From the NCBI GenBank assembly GCA_963698265.1, contig CAVOQC010000001.1, forward strand, positions 1,106,680-1,170,679: 64,000 bases of DNA. The letters run 5' to 3'. The DNA comes from an uncultured beta proteobacterium. Lineage in GTDB: Bacteria > Pseudomonadota > Gammaproteobacteria > Burkholderiales > Usitatibacteraceae. A program made the translations under genes and the position numbers. Under the pieces are notes generated by a model, which was not told the origin of the DNA, searched no databases, and saw nothing but the letters and a program-made list of their open reading frames with translations. This document shows positions 29,431 to 39,163 of this stretch, one piece after another. Each line of letters opens with the position of its first letter. Position 1 is the first letter of the stretch.

Positions 29431-31356
29431 TTGCCGCTCCTCCAGCTCTCCGAAATATCGCTCGCCTTCGGCCACGTGCCGCTCCTCGACCACGCGAGCC
29501 TCGTGATCGAGCCGGGCGAGCGCGTCGGGCTCATCGGGCGAAACGGCACCGGCAAGTCGAGCCTGCTCAGGATCATCGAGGGCACGGCGCGCGCCGACGA
29601 CGGCGAATCCCGGCTCGCCGCGGGTGCGAAGCTCGCGTTCGTGCCGCAGGAGCCCGCCTTCGCGCCCGGGCAGACGGTCTACGAGGCGGTGGCCGACGGG
29701 CTGGGCGCGAGCGCGCGCCTGCTGGTGGACTACCACGCGGTGGCCCATGGGCTCGCCGCGCATCCCGGCGGAGCCGAGGAGGCGGCGTTGCTCACCCGCC
29801 TGCACGATCTCCAGGAGGCGCTCGAGGCGGGCGACGGCTGGACGCTCGCGCACCGGATAGAGGCCACGCTCTCTCGCCTGGCACTTCCCGAGGACACGCT
29901 GGTGGAGGAGCTCTCGGGAGGGCTCCGGAAGCGCGTGGCCCTCGCCCGTGCGCTGGTGCTCGAACCCGACCTGCTGCTCCTGGACGAGCCCACCAACCAC
30001 CTCGACGTCACGGCCATCGAATGGCTCGAGGACACGCTCGTCGCCTTCCCCGGCGCGGTGCTCTTCGTCACCCACGACCGGCGCTTCCTCGACCGCGTGG
30101 CGCTGCGCATCGTGGAGCTCGACCGCGGGCGGCTCGCCGACTTCCCCGGAAACTTCAGCGCCTACGAGGCGCGCAAGGCGGAGATGCTCGCGAGCGAGGC
30201 GGTAGTCAACCGCAAGTTCGACAAGGTGCTCGCCCAGGAGGAGGCGTGGATCCGCAGGGGCGTGCAGGCGCGGCGCACGCGCGACGAAGGCCGGGTGCGC
30301 AGGCTCGAGGCGCTCCGGCTCGAGCGCGCGGCGCGCCGCGAGCGCGTGGGGCGCGTGGACATCGCCCTCTCGCCGGGCGAGCGCTCCGGCAAGCTCGTGG
30401 CCGAACTCGAGGCGGTGAGCAAGCGTTTCGGCGCCAAGCGCGTGGTGGAGGCGTTTTCCACGCGGGTGATGCGCGGCGACAAGATCGGCCTCATCGGCCC
30501 CAACGGCTGCGGCAAGTCGACGCTGCTGAAGCTGATCCTGGGCGAGATCGAACCGGATTCCGGCACGGTGCGCCTGGGCACGAAGGTCACCATCGCCTAC
30601 TTCGACCAGTTCCGCGCGGCGCTGGACGAGGAAGCCACGCTCGCCGACACGATCTCTCCCGGCGCCGACTTCGTCGAGATCGACGGTACGCGCAAGCACG
30701 TGATCAGCTACCTCGGCGATTTTCTCTTTCCGCCGGAACGCGCCACTGCCCCGGTGAGGACGCTCTCCGGAGGCGAGCGCAACCGCCTGCTGCTCGCGCG
30801 CCTCTTCAGCCGGCCCGCGAGCGTCGTGGTGCTGGACGAGCCGACCAACGACCTGGACATCGAGACGCTGGAACTCCTCGAGGCGCTGCTGCAGGACTAC
30901 ACGGGCACGCTCTTCCTCGTGAGCCACGACCGGGCCTTCCTCGACAACGTCGTCACGCAGACGATCGCCTACGAAGGCGAGGGCCGGTGGAAGGAGTACG
31001 CGGGCGGCTACTCGGACTGGCAGCGCGCGCGGCGTGCCGCCCCGGAACGGGCAGGCGGTGGCGACGACGAGAGTGGTACGCGCGCCGCGGCGAAGGGCGA
31101 AGGGCGGGAGCCGCGCAAGCGCGCGAAGCTCGGCTTCAAGGAGGCGCGGGAGCTCGATGAGCTTCCGGGAAGGCTCGCGGCGCTGGAGCGGGAGCAGGCG
31201 GAACTCGCCGGCCGCCTCGCGGACCCGGCGCTCTACCAGGACCGCAGCGTGGACCTGAAGGCGCTCAACGCGCGCCGGGAAGCGATCGAAGCCGAACTCA
31301 CGGGCCTGCTCGAGCGCTGGGAGATTCTGGAAGCCAAGTCCCGGTCGTCGCGCTGA
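29431..31356 (+). CDS. uup: ABC-F family ATPase Uup
   Basis: Collinear with E. coli Uup throughout: two ABC cassettes (GRNGTGKSS, LSGGLRKRVALARAL, LLLDEPTNHLD; GPNGCGKSTLLKL, LSGGERNRLLLARL, LDEPTNDLD), the linker QEEAWIRRGVQARRTRDEGRV, and a C-terminal coiled coil. The only start compatible with the conserved N-terminus is TTG 29431, 1 nt after the upstream stop. Confidence 0.9.
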   Translation: MPLLQLSEISLAFGHVPLLDHASLVIEPGERVGLIGRNGTGKSSLLRIIEGTARADDGESRLAAGAKLAFVPQEPAFAPGQTVYEAVADGLGASARLLVDYHAVAHGLAAHPGGAEEAALLTRLHDLQEALEAGDGWTLAHRIEATLSRLALPEDTLVEELSGGLRKRVALARALVLEPDLLLLDEPTNHLDVTAIEWLEDTLVAFPGAVLFVTHDRRFLDRVALRIVELDRGRLADFPGNFSAYEARKAEMLASEAVVNRKFDKVLAQEEAWIRRGVQARRTRDEGRVRRLEALRLERAARRERVGRVDIALSPGERSGKLVAELEAVSKRFGAKRVVEAFSTRVMRGDKIGLIGPNGCGKSTLLKLILGEIEPDSGTVRLGTKVTIAYFDQFRAALDEEATLADTISPGADFVEIDGTRKHVISYLGDFLFPPERATAPVRTLSGGERNRLLLARLFSRPASVVVLDEPTNDLDIETLELLEALLQDYTGTLFLVSHDRAFLDNVVTQTIAYEGEGRWKEYAGGYSDWQRARRAAPERAGGGDDESGTRAAAKGEGREPRKRAKLGFKEARELDELPGRLAALEREQAELAGRLADPALYQDRSVDLKALNARREAIEAELTGLLERWEILEAKSRSSR

Positions 31357-31552
31357 GCGCATTCCGGGCGGGCCGCCGCGAGCCGGCGCGATGCGGCCCA
31401 GGGCCGCGCTGGCCGGACCATTACACGTGAAATCGGGAGAGTGATCCGCGGCGCAGCCCGGTGCATTCGCCCGTGCTATGAATGGCGTATCTGGAACGCG
31501 GAACTTCCGCTCAACGCTTCAGGCGAAGCCAGCTCGCCGATCATCGCCACAT

Positions 31553-34036
31553 ATGCTCAACAGCACCGAATCGCTGGAACTCCTCCCCGTCGACGATCAT
31601 CCGCCCGCCCTCCGCCCCGGCGAGCGCGCGAACCTGCTTGCGAGCTGGCCGATGCCGCCGGTCTCGCCATGGGCGCCCGGCGAGCTGGGCGAAGGGCCCG
31701 AGCGGGCGCACCTGGATTACGCGGCCGGCCGTCGCGTCGCGGGCGAGGCGTTCATCCTCGGCGCGGACGACGGCGTCCTGTTCCGTGCGGAAGGCGGGAG
31801 TTCACGGGAGCACTGGGTGCCGTTGCGCGATTTCCGGGCGCTGTCCCTCACCCGCCCGCTGGCCCTGGCCGCCCCGCCCTCCGATGGCGCGTGGCTGCGC
31901 CGGCGATACCGCCTCGAGCTCGTGGACGGCACCGTTCGCGAAGGCGAAAGCGCCGGGATGGTGCGCACCGACCTCGGCATCTTCCTGTACCCGCCTGCCG
32001 GGGACGCGTCCGTGGCAAGGCACTTCATCCCATCCGGCAGAGTGCGTGGGTTCGACTGGACGGGCGCCCCGCGCGGACACGTGCAGCTCGACCTCGACAA
32101 TATCGTGGCGCCGCCGGAGCCCGCGGCAACGGAAGCGCCCGCCGCGAAGGAAATCGAGACCATCAACGACCTCCGGGAGACGCTCGCAAGGCTCGCCCGA
32201 AGCCCCATTCGCCGGCTCGGCGAGGTGCTCGTCGATCTCGGCCACATCAGCCAGGCCCAGCTCGACGAGTCGCTCGACCGCCAGCTCGCGGACAAGGACA
32301 AGCCCCTGGGGGAGGTGCTGATCGAGATGGGCGTCGTGAAGGCCGACCAGCTGAAGGCCGTGCTCGCACAGAAGCTGGGCATCCCGCACGTGGACGCCCG
32401 CGTTTTCCCGGCGGACCCGCAGGCCCGGCTGCTCGTGCCAAGGGCACAGTGCCGCAGGCACAAGCTGATTCCGCTGTGCTTCGACGACGACGGCGGAATC
32501 GTCGTCGCGATGGACAACCCGATGTCGGGAGAAGCGCTGCAGGCGGTGCGCTTCTCCTCCGGCCGCCGTGTCGTCCCGGTGCTCGGCAGCTGGCCGGACA
32601 TCCGCGCCGCGCTTGGTTCGCGCGACGTCTGGGCCACCCATGCCTTCCTGGGCGCGCAGGCGTCGCCCGAACCGACGGCGAAGCCCGGCGTGGAAGCCCA
32701 GTTCGTGGACGCGATCGAGTTCGATCTCGACGGCGTCACCGAGCTCACGACGAAGCTCTCGCTCGAGACGACCTCCCTGGATGCGGAGCCCTCCGATACG
32801 GTGAAGGAGAGCGACTCCACGCTCGTCCGGCTCGTCAACAAGATCATCCTGGACGGACACGAGGGCGGCGCCTCAGACATCCATTTCGAGCCCGCCCCGG
32901 GAAACCGGCCGACGCGCATCCGCATGCGCCGTGACGGCGTGCTTTCCGATTACGCCGAGCTGCCCGCGAAATTCCGCGCGGCTATCGTCTCGCGCATCAA
33001 GATCATGGCGAACCTCGACATCTCGGAGCGCAGGAAGCCCCAGGACGGGAAGATCGATTTCTCGCGCTTCGGGCCGGCGAAGCTCGAACTGAGGGTCGCC
33101 ACGATCCCGACCAACAATTCGCTGGAAAGCGTGATCCTGCGCCTGCTCGTCTCGCATGAGCCGATCCCGGCGGACAAGCTGGGCCTCGATGCGAAGGTCC
33201 TCGCCACACTTCGTGTTCTCGCGGAGCGTCCCCACGGGCTCCTGCTCGTGTGTGGTCCCACGGGCTCGGGCAAGACGACCACGCTTCACTCGCTCCTCGC
33301 GATGATCAACACGCCGGAGCGCAAGATCTGGACGGCCGAAGACCCGATCGAGATCACGCAGGCCGGCCTGTCGCAGGTCCAGGTCAATCCCAAGACCGGC
33401 TGGGGATTCGCGGATGCGCTGCGCGCCTTCCTGCGCGCCGACCCCGACGTGATCATGATCGGCGAGATGCGCGACAAGGTGACCGCCGAGACGGCCGTGG
33501 AGGCCTCGCTCACCGGGCACCTCGTTTTTTCCACGCTGCACACGAACAGCGCGCCCGAAACCGTGACGCGGCTGCTGGACCTCGGCGTGGACCCGTTCAA
33601 TTTCAGCGATTCGCTCCTGGGCGTTCTTGCACAGCGCCTCGTGCGCCGGGTCTGCCCGGCATGCTCGAAGAGCGTGGAGCTGCCCGAAGAAGAGGCCCTG
33701 CGCCTCGCCGCCGAGTTCTCGGACCCAGCGGCGCTCGAGCCGGCATCCGTGCTCGCGGACTGGAGGGCGCGTTTCGGCAGGAACGGCGCCCTTTTCACGG
33801 CGAAAGGCGAGGGCTGCGAAGAGTGTCTCGATTCCGGCTACAAGGGCCGCCTCGGCGTGCACGAGTTCATGGCGTCCAGCGCCGGCACCCGCTCGATCAT
33901 CCAGTCGCGCGGCGCGGCCGAGGCGCTACGAACGCAGGCGCTCTCCGAAGGCATGCGCACCCTCAAGCAGGACGGGATCGAGAAGATGCTGATGGGGCTC
34001 ACGACCCTGGAACAGGTGCGGGGCTCGTGCGGTTGA
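31553..34036 (+). CDS. GspE/PilB/MshE-family secretion ATPase with MshEN-like domain and an extra N-terminal domain of about 215 aa
   Basis: C-terminal ATPase: GLLLVCGPTGSGKTTT (Walker A), DPDVIMIGEMRD (Walker B region), GHLVFSTLHTN, and the tetracysteine CPAC...CEEC. The T2SSE_N/MshEN repeats lie at 32213-32374. Confidence 0.88.
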   Translation: MLNSTESLELLPVDDHPPALRPGERANLLASWPMPPVSPWAPGELGEGPERAHLDYAAGRRVAGEAFILGADDGVLFRAEGGSSREHWVPLRDFRALSLTRPLALAAPPSDGAWLRRRYRLELVDGTVREGESAGMVRTDLGIFLYPPAGDASVARHFIPSGRVRGFDWTGAPRGHVQLDLDNIVAPPEPAATEAPAAKEIETINDLRETLARLARSPIRRLGEVLVDLGHISQAQLDESLDRQLADKDKPLGEVLIEMGVVKADQLKAVLAQKLGIPHVDARVFPADPQARLLVPRAQCRRHKLIPLCFDDDGGIVVAMDNPMSGEALQAVRFSSGRRVVPVLGSWPDIRAALGSRDVWATHAFLGAQASPEPTAKPGVEAQFVDAIEFDLDGVTELTTKLSLETTSLDAEPSDTVKESDSTLVRLVNKIILDGHEGGASDIHFEPAPGNRPTRIRMRRDGVLSDYAELPAKFRAAIVSRIKIMANLDISERRKPQDGKIDFSRFGPAKLELRVATIPTNNSLESVILRLLVSHEPIPADKLGLDAKVLATLRVLAERPHGLLLVCGPTGSGKTTTLHSLLAMINTPERKIWTAEDPIEITQAGLSQVQVNPKTGWGFADALRAFLRADPDVIMIGEMRDKVTAETAVEASLTGHLVFSTLHTNSAPETVTRLLDLGVDPFNFSDSLLGVLAQRLVRRVCPACSKSVELPEEEALRLAAEFSDPAALEPASVLADWRARFGRNGALFTAKGEGCEECLDSGYKGRLGVHEFMASSAGTRSIIQSRGAAEALRTQALSEGMRTLKQDGIEKMLMGLTTLEQVRGSCG
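32213..32374 (+). other. Tandem MshEN-type motifs (possible c-di-GMP binding site)
   Basis: RLGEVLVDLGHISQAQLDESLDRQ - LADKDKP - LGEVLIEMGVVKADQLKAVLAQK. Compare the published 24-residue motif RLGxx(L/V/I)(L/V/I)xxG(L/V/I)(L/V/I)xxxxLxxxLxxQ. Confidence 0.5.
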
Positions 34037-34147
34037 AGGCGCCCTGAAGGATCGTGGTAGCCTCGGCCCGGACTTCCCCGGCGTGGGGGAACTGCCCGGC
34101 GACCGCGACATCCAATCGGTGGGCTATCGGGAGGGAGGGGGACGAAC

Positions 34148-34948
34148 ATGGGACCGATCCGGATCGGGCTGGTGACTGTCGCGGTGCTCGGGGTTGCCGG
34201 CGCCGCGTGGTATTTCTGGTTGCGCGAGCCGCCGCCTCCCCCACCGCTTTCCGCGCCCGTGGCGCAGGTGCAGCCGGCTCCCGTGCCGCCACCGCCGCCC
34301 GAGCACTATCCCGTTCCGGAAGCGCCACCCCCGGCGGATGCGAAGGCCCCGGAGAAGCCGCTCGCGAAGCTGGACGAGAGCGACAAGGACATGCAGGCCG
34401 GGCTCTCGGGCCTCATCGGGTCCGGCGCGCTCGCTCGCTACTTCAATCTCGAGGGCTTGGTGAGGAACATCGTCGTCACGGTGGACAACCTGCCGCGCAA
34501 GACCTTCGCCATGCGCCTGAGCCCGTTGAAGCCCGTGGGCGGCCTCATCGTGGTCAATGGAAAGGACGCCTCGATGGTGCTCGCCGCGGAGAACGCCGCG
34601 CGCTACGCGCCGTGGGTGGGCGTGCTCGAGAAGGTCGACGCGAGGAAGCTGGTGGCGCTCTACGTGCGCTTCCACCCGCTCTTCCAGCAGGCCTACGTGG
34701 AGTTGGGGTACCCCAAGGGCCACTTCAACACGCGCCTGGTGCAGGTTATCGACCACCTGCTCACCGCGCCCGAGCCGCCGGAACCTGTCCGGCTCACGGT
34801 TCCGCACGTCCTGCACGAGTTCGCCGACCCGGCGCTCGAGGCGGAATCGGCGGGGCGCAAGGTGCTCTTCCGCATGGGCAATGCCAATGCCGCGAAGGTG
34901 AAGGCGAAGCTGCGCGAGATCCGGCGCGCCCTAGTGCAGGCTCGATGA
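34148..34948 (+). CDS. DUF3014-like membrane-anchored protein
   Basis: N-terminal TM (IGLVTVAVLGVAGAAWYFW), a Pro-rich linker, then LDESDKDMQAGL...VVTVDNLPRK...YPKGHFNTRLVQVIDHLL, as I remember for DUF3014 proteins. GGGAGGGGG SD. Confidence 0.7.
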   Translation: MGPIRIGLVTVAVLGVAGAAWYFWLREPPPPPPLSAPVAQVQPAPVPPPPPEHYPVPEAPPPADAKAPEKPLAKLDESDKDMQAGLSGLIGSGALARYFNLEGLVRNIVVTVDNLPRKTFAMRLSPLKPVGGLIVVNGKDASMVLAAENAARYAPWVGVLEKVDARKLVALYVRFHPLFQQAYVELGYPKGHFNTRLVQVIDHLLTAPEPPEPVRLTVPHVLHEFADPALEAESAGRKVLFRMGNANAAKVKAKLREIRRALVQAR

Positions 34949-36082
34949 CCTGATGCGCGCGAGCTTGGCCGAATAGAGGTCGTGGTCCTTGCGCGTCGTG
35001 CTGTGCTCCATCGCAAGCGCGAGGTGCCGCTTCGCCTTCTCCGGCTCCCCGAGCTTCGCGAGCGCGAGCGCCATCCAGAAGTGGAACTCGTGGTAGTAGG
35101 GATCGCGGTCGATCTCCCGGGCGAAGAGATCGCGCGCGGCCCGGAAGTTGCCTTGCTCCATCGCCTCGCGACCGCGGAGGAAGAACGCGAAGGGCGGGTC
35201 GGGCTCGAGTTGCGCGAGGCGGCGCTCGAGCGCCTGTGATTCGGCCACCCGGCCCAGGCCCGCGAGGACGGGCGCGAGGTTCGAGATCACGTGGGTGTTG
35301 CGCGGCTCGCGCTCCAGCGCGTGGGAGAACACGCGCTCGGCCTGCGCGAGGTGGCCGCGGCGCTGGTAGATCACGCCCAGCGTGTTGTACGCGGTGACGT
35401 ACGCGGGGTCCTGGAAGACCGCCTCCCGCGCGAACCAGTAGGCGTCGTCCTCCCGGCCCGCGGAGAGGGCCTCGGCCGCGCGGTTGTTCATGTACATGGC
35501 GACGATCGTCGCCTCCTCGATCGCGCGCCATCTGCTGTGGCGCAGGTCCGGGGGCGGCAGGAAGTCGACGGTGAGCTGCTCGCCGTCGTCGATGCGGGTG
35601 CCGAGCTTCGGCGGCCTGCGGCCCAGGGTCAGGTTCACGTGGCCGACGGAGAAGTAGAGGTCGCCCCTGCGCGTCCAGTTCTCGTCCACGGAGACGTTCT
35701 GGTAGCGCACGCCGATGCCCATCTCCTTGGCGAAGGCGGCCGTCATGATGACCAGCGACAGGCAGTTGCCGGTGCGCGCATCGAAGGCCTGGGCGGCGTT
35801 GCGGGTGAAGGCCGCGTCGTACTCGAGCCGCAGCTGGCCCTTGTTGCGCAGCGCGTCGACGAGCCGCTGCTGGCGGCCCTTGGAGCCGGGCATCTCGCCC
35901 AGCTCCGCGGCGAGGTAGTCCTTCATCTGCGTGCTGACCGCGAAGACTTCCTGCGCGTCGACGCGCGCGGAAGGTGCGGCGAAGAGGCCGTCGGCGAACA
36001 ACGCCTCCACGTTCGTGGCCGGCGGCGCGACGGCGCAGGCGCCCGAGGCGAGTACCAGGATCAGGGGTGCCCAAGTCTTCAT
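34931..36082 (-). CDS. Secreted transglutaminase-like cysteine-protease domain protein with C-terminal TPR repeats
   Basis: Signal peptide MKTWAPLILVLASGACA. Candidate catalytic-Cys context TGNCLSLVIMTAAFAKEMGIGVRY. TPR-like AYNTLGVIYQRRGHLAQAERVFSHALEREP.... The 3' end overlaps DUF3014 by 18 nt (convergent). Confidence 0.75.
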   Translation of the reverse strand: MKTWAPLILVLASGACAVAPPATNVEALFADGLFAAPSARVDAQEVFAVSTQMKDYLAAELGEMPGSKGRQQRLVDALRNKGQLRLEYDAAFTRNAAQAFDARTGNCLSLVIMTAAFAKEMGIGVRYQNVSVDENWTRRGDLYFSVGHVNLTLGRRPPKLGTRIDDGEQLTVDFLPPPDLRHSRWRAIEEATIVAMYMNNRAAEALSAGREDDAYWFAREAVFQDPAYVTAYNTLGVIYQRRGHLAQAERVFSHALEREPRNTHVISNLAPVLAGLGRVAESQALERRLAQLEPDPPFAFFLRGREAMEQGNFRAARDLFAREIDRDPYYHEFHFWMALALAKLGEPEKAKRHLALAMEHSTTRKDHDLYSAKLARIRSSSLH

Positions 36083-36246
36083 GCGGCTTCTCCTTCTGCC
36101 ATGCCGGCCATTCTGCGACGATTCCGCGGGCGCCGGGTTACGGATTGCGCCGGCCGTCCGGTGGGTGCCCGCCGGATGCGCGGCCTCGCCCGGCGCTCCC
36201 CGACCCTGCTACGCTCGGCCCCATTCCACCCGCCGCGGGAGCCGAC

Positions 36247-37824
36247 ATGCCGATCCGTGCCCTGATCCTCTGCCTGGCGGTATTCGCCGCCGCAGCTTCC
36301 CACGCCGGGAACCTGCGCTGGTCCTCCCAGGGCGACGCCACCACGCTCGACCCCCACGCGCAGAACGAGTCCTTCACCAACGGCATCAACAACCTCGTCT
36401 ACGAATACCTTGCGACCCGCGGCAAGGACATGAAGTTCCAACCCACGCTCGCGACCTCCTGGAAGAACACCGGGCCCCTCACCTGGATCTTCCACCTGAG
36501 GAAGGGCGTGAAGTTCCACGACGGCTCGCCCTTCACCGCGGACGACGTGGTCTTCTCCTTCGACCGCGCGCGCCTGTCCAGCGTCACCTTCAAGCTCTAC
36601 GCGAACCAGTCCGGCACGGTGAGGAAGATCGACGACCACACGGTCGAGTTCACCACCCCCGTGCCCAACCCCGTGATGATCGAGTCCATCGGTTCGATCT
36701 TCGTGATGAGCAAGCGCTGGGCCGAGAAGCACGGGGTGCTGAAGCCCCAGGACCTCACGAAGAAGGAGGATTCCTTCGCGCAGCGAAACGCCATGGGCAC
36801 CGGGCCCTACCGTCTCGTCTCCTACGAGCCCGGCGTGAAGACCGCGCACGCGAAGAACGACGACTGGTGGGGCATACGCGAAGGCCTGTACGAGGGCAAC
36901 GCGACCACGCTCGAGTACCGGCCCATCGGCAACGCCTCCACCCGCATGGCCGCGCTCAAGTCGGGGAGCCTCGACTTCGTGCTCGACCCGCCGGTGCAGG
37001 ACGTCGCGGCGCTGCGCGCGGACCCCGCCCTCAAGGTCTGGGACGGCGCCGAGGTGCGCGTCATCATGATCGGCTTCGACCAGTGGCGCGACGAACTCGC
37101 GAACGCCGACGTGAAGGGCGCGAACCCCTTCAAGGATCGGCGCGTGCGCCTGGCGCTCTACCAGGCCACCGACGTCGAGGCGCTCAAGCGCACGGTGATG
37201 CGCGGGATGTCCATCCCCACGGGCATTCCGCTTCCCGACCCGAAGGGCGGAGGCGTTCCGGATTCCTTCGAGAAGCGCCACCCCCACGACCCCGCGGTCG
37301 CGAAGCGGCTGCTCGCCGAGGCGGGCTATCCGAACGGCTTCGGCTTCACCCTGCACTGCCCCAACGACCGCTACATCAATGACGAGAAGATCTGCGTGGC
37401 GCTCGCCGGCATGTGGGCGAAGATCGGCATGCGGGTGCGCGTCGAGGTGATGCCCAAGGCCCAGTACTTTCCGCGCGCGACCAAGCGCGATTTCAGCGCT
37501 TTCATGTCGGGGTGGGGTGGCGGCTCCTCGGACGCGATCTTCCTCCTGAAGCCCACCATGCACAGCCCGAACACGCAGGGCGCGGGGGATGCGAACTACG
37601 GCGGGTTCCGGAACGAGGCGCTCGACGCGCTGATCGACAGGATCGACGGCGACATGGACCTCGCGCGGCGCCAGGGCCTGATCAACGAGGCGATCGCGAT
37701 CCTGCAGTCCGAAGTGCACGTGATCCCGCTGCACCGGCAGGTGATCCCGTGGGTGTCGCGCGCGGGGGTCACCGTGCACCACCTGCCGACCAACCAGTTC
37801 CGGCCGGAGTGGGCGAGGTTCTAG
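36247..37824 (+). CDS. ABC transporter substrate-binding protein, family 5 (peptide/nickel type)
   Basis: Signal peptide, then LRWSSQGDATTLDPHAQNE...LRKGVKFHDGSPFTADDVVFSF, typical of SBP_bac_5. No cognate permease or ATPase genes are adjacent. Confidence 0.85.
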   Translation: MPIRALILCLAVFAAAASHAGNLRWSSQGDATTLDPHAQNESFTNGINNLVYEYLATRGKDMKFQPTLATSWKNTGPLTWIFHLRKGVKFHDGSPFTADDVVFSFDRARLSSVTFKLYANQSGTVRKIDDHTVEFTTPVPNPVMIESIGSIFVMSKRWAEKHGVLKPQDLTKKEDSFAQRNAMGTGPYRLVSYEPGVKTAHAKNDDWWGIREGLYEGNATTLEYRPIGNASTRMAALKSGSLDFVLDPPVQDVAALRADPALKVWDGAEVRVIMIGFDQWRDELANADVKGANPFKDRRVRLALYQATDVEALKRTVMRGMSIPTGIPLPDPKGGGVPDSFEKRHPHDPAVAKRLLAEAGYPNGFGFTLHCPNDRYINDEKICVALAGMWAKIGMRVRVEVMPKAQYFPRATKRDFSAFMSGWGGGSSDAIFLLKPTMHSPNTQGAGDANYGGFRNEALDALIDRIDGDMDLARRQGLINEAIAILQSEVHVIPLHRQVIPWVSRAGVTVHHLPTNQFRPEWARF

Positions 37825-37830
37825 GGCGCC

Positions 37831-38340
37831 TCAGTCGAGCTGCACGCCCAGGGTCTTCGCGAGGAGCGCCTTGTTTTCCGGGCTGTCCCACTCGCGGGCG
37901 CCGTAGACCTTCCGGAGCACCTTTCCCTTCGCATCCACCAGGACGGTGAGGGGGATGCGGTTCGCACCCAGCATGTTCTCCAGCACCAGGCCGCGATCGA
38001 GGTAGTTGTCGAAGGAGACTCCCGTGCCCACCACGAAGCGCTGCGCCTTGTCGGCGTGGTCGTCGGTGGAAATGCCGATGATGTGGAACTGCCGGCCGTT
38101 GTGGCGGCGGGCGAGGCGGTCGAGGGAGCCCATCTCGTCGCGGCACGGCCCGCACCAGCTCGCCCAGACGTTGATAACCAGCGGCTTGCCGCGGAACTCG
38201 GAGAGCTTGCGGTAATCGAGCGTGAGGCCGTAGAGCGGTGCCTCGCGCAGCGTGGCGCCGACGGGGACTTCGCCGGGGGTGGCGGCGAGCGCCGCGGAGC
38301 CCACGCCGCACCAGAGGGCGAAAAGCAGGACCGCCTTCAC
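37831..38340 (-). CDS. TlpA/ResA-family periplasmic thiol:disulfide oxidoreductase
   Basis: Signal peptide. KPLVINVWASWCGPCRDEM (WCxxC). Confidence 0.88.
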   Translation of the reverse strand: MKAVLLFALWCGVGSAALAATPGEVPVGATLREAPLYGLTLDYRKLSEFRGKPLVINVWASWCGPCRDEMGSLDRLARRHNGRQFHIIGISTDDHADKAQRFVVGTGVSFDNYLDRGLVLENMLGANRIPLTVLVDAKGKVLRKVYGAREWDSPENKALLAKTLGVQLD

Positions 38341-38357
38341 GGGCCCGGGCCCACAGC

Positions 38358-39086
38358 CTACTTGCGAAGTGCCGCGTCCTCGATCAGCACGGGATAGGCG
38401 TATCCGGCGCCCACGTTCACGTCGGTGCGCACCGTGCCCTTCGCGGTCACGATGTCGCCGACCGCGGCCACGTCCTTCGTGGTGAGGATGATGTCGTTCG
38501 AGCCGTCGGCGGCAGCGCCGGAGCCGTCCTGCACATGCAGCCAGTTCTTGCCGAGGATGCCGGAAGTGACCTTCACGACCTGCGCGCGCACGAGGACGGG
38601 CTTGTCCTTGAGCCCCGCCTTGCCCTTCACCACTTCCGCCACGGTCCTCGCATCGGGGCCGCTCGCCCTGTCCACCTTCGCGATGGCGGTCTTCGCGGCG
38701 GGGACTGCGCCGTGGGGCGCGGCCATTGCCGCGGCGGTCGGGGCACCGAGGGTCGAGGCCATCGCCGCGGCGGGTTTCGCGTTCGGGTCGGCGATCGTGC
38801 CGAAGACGATCCGGTCGAACTTCCGCTTGAGCGTCTTGCTCTCGAAATCCTGCATCACCATCATGTTGCCGATCGTCACCCGGGCGCCCTTCTTCACGGT
38901 GGTCGAGGGAACCGCGGCCCAGGTCTCGCCGTCCTTCGTCTTCAGGCGCAGGTAGGTGTAGCTGTCGACGCTCTTTACTTCCAGCACCTCGCCCTGGAGC
39001 GCGGCGGACGCCTGCGACGGCATGGCGTGGGCCGCGAGGCCGGCGGCGGCGAGGAGGAGGGTGGCGAGCGCGGTCGTGGGCTTCAT
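38358..39086 (-). CDS. Secreted hypothetical protein (two beta-rich halves joined by an Ala-rich linker)
   Basis: Signal peptide MKPTTALATLLLAAAGLAAHA and good coding look. No family confidently recognised. Confidence 0.65.
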   Translation of the reverse strand: MKPTTALATLLLAAAGLAAHAMPSQASAALQGEVLEVKSVDSYTYLRLKTKDGETWAAVPSTTVKKGARVTIGNMMVMQDFESKTLKRKFDRIVFGTIADPNAKPAAAMASTLGAPTAAAMAAPHGAVPAAKTAIAKVDRASGPDARTVAEVVKGKAGLKDKPVLVRAQVVKVTSGILGKNWLHVQDGSGAAADGSNDIILTTKDVAAVGDIVTAKGTVRTDVNVGAGYAYPVLIEDAALRK

Positions 39087-39163
39087 GGAAAGGGGCTCCG
39101 TTCAGGGATGGGCGTCATCATGGAGGATCGGAGCGTGCAGGGGTTGAGGGGCGTCAAGCCGGG

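Noticed and set aside
31895-31990. Possible PilZ domain in the N-terminal extension of the GspE-like ATPase (RRRYR resembles RxxxR).
   Set aside because: The second PilZ motif (D/N)xSxxG is not present at the right distance, because GESAGM does not fit. The resemblance is too weak.
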